A stretch of DNA of 64,000 nt. Source: Intoshia linei. Taxonomy: Eukaryota; Animalia; Orthonectida. Below are positions 62,521 through 64,000 of this stretch, piece by piece (position 1 is the stretch's first letter; each line of letters begins with the position of its first letter). Location of the stretch: contig LWCA01000024.1 in the NCBI GenBank assembly GCA_001642005.1, forward strand, positions 13,970 to 77,969, written 5' to 3'. A program made the position numbers and the translations under genes. The notes under the pieces are model-generated. The model did not search any database. It was not told the DNA's origin and worked only from the letters and a program-made list of their open reading frames with translations.

Positions 62521-64000
62521 TATTTTTATTATAAAAAGCATTTTATATTAGTGTATTATTGCGTTACCTGTATTAATTTTGCTTTGATAAACATTGTGAA
62601 TTTAGTCATATTGGAAACATCAATTTTAATTTCTATTTCTTCTCCACACATATATATGCTCCTGAAATTTTTTTAAAATTTCATTACATTTTATATACTT
62701 TTCAATGTACACATTTATTTTGATAAAAGTTGTGAAACAAGAAAAACAGCGCTTGGTACTATAAGACAATTTTAAGTTGGTCTAAATTGAAAATTAATAT
62801 TTCAATAAAAAATACAAAATGTTTAGTACAGTATGTAGTTTCAGGAATACTGTCGTATTTTAATGTCAGGTATTTATTTTCTTATGTGTGACACCTTAAT
62901 ACAGACTTTTGCATCCACATACGCACTAATGCACCGTTCCCCTGTCGTTGGTGCCAGAAAAATTTGTTACATTTTGTAACTACATGTACATTAATAAGAC
63001 AAGATTTCACGGTTGAAATCCACTGTGATATAAATTTAATCCATGTTATCTTGGACTGATTCGTCAAAATATTTTCACTGGTCCGCAAGAGTCAAAAGGT
63101 CATGTAACGCTGAACTATTTTTTAATTATATTTACCTCACTGGTTCCCAAATGCAGGCCCACGACAACTGTGGTAAATATGAAAAATTAAGGGATGGTAG
63201 AAAATTGGTTATGAGCAAAGCTGCGATTTTTGCAGGTACTAGCAAAAACTTACTGGTTTTTATTTATTTCAAAAAAATATTGATATCAGCACGTGTTAGT
63301 AATAATGTTAAACCAGCAATTCTGGTATCAGCCTTGGTCATGAATCACATTATGTGAGTCACATCTCATGATACGGAACGTTTATAACTGCTTTTATTTT
63401 TAGGCTGATATGGCCGTGTCGAGTTATAAACAAAAATAATTCAACTACATCTTTTTTGATTCCAATTAAAAAAAGTGTAGTAAAAATTCATCTATAGGTA
63501 ATCATTAACCTGTGTCCTTATTCAAACTAATAAAAATAGCCCATGGATAAATATGAAACTTTTCATTGCGAAGACGATGGTCAGATTTAAATTGTTCAAC
63601 TCTTAAAATGACCACCAACTTTTTGCATTTTAAAAATTTTAATTTTTGGAACGTGAACTTTATATTAATATATCGTGATGACAACCGCGTCAAGTTATGC
63701 GTTCAGTGATTCATAAGGCATCTTTTGGTATGTGTAGGGGTTGTAGAAACCACTTTTTTATATGTAAAATGTGAACATTATATTATATTTTAAAATAATA
63801 TATATCTACAAAATATACTGAAAACTGAAATAAATCTACTTAATTTTTTTGATTTAGCATAAAAAAATATATGATATGATTTAACTTTACTTAATGTGAT
63901 TGAACTCAATTTTCTCAATATACAATATTCACTTATTCATTAAATGATATTATAATATATTATTAATATTTATCAATGATCATTTATTATTGTATTGATG

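Overview
Very AT-rich eukaryotic (animal) genomic DNA with many 30-50 nt GT-AG introns and a few 1-4 kb introns filled with transposon remnants. This fits a compact invertebrate genome such as an orthonectid like Intoshia, but that is an unverified guess. Manual splicing supports eight multi-exon genes: a FAM227-like gene (-), a divergent spectraplakin with a ~5.3 kb internal exon (+), a CELF/Bruno RNA-binding protein (-) hosting an antisense nested pitchfork/PIFO gene (+), a C1orf87-like EF-hand gene (-), SMC3 (-) head-to-head with MRPL19 (+), and a multi-C2H2 zinc-finger gene (+). Non-coding DNA is dominated by a ~0.9-1 kb non-autonomous Helitron-like repeat and several hAT (Buster-like) MITE families. 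The most striking structure is three different TIR elements stacked at one 8-bp target (CTCTAGGA, four copies), giving a repeat-insert-repeat array inside the zinc-finger gene intron. Exon boundaries were read by eye and are approximate. Family calls rest on recalled motifs, not database searches.
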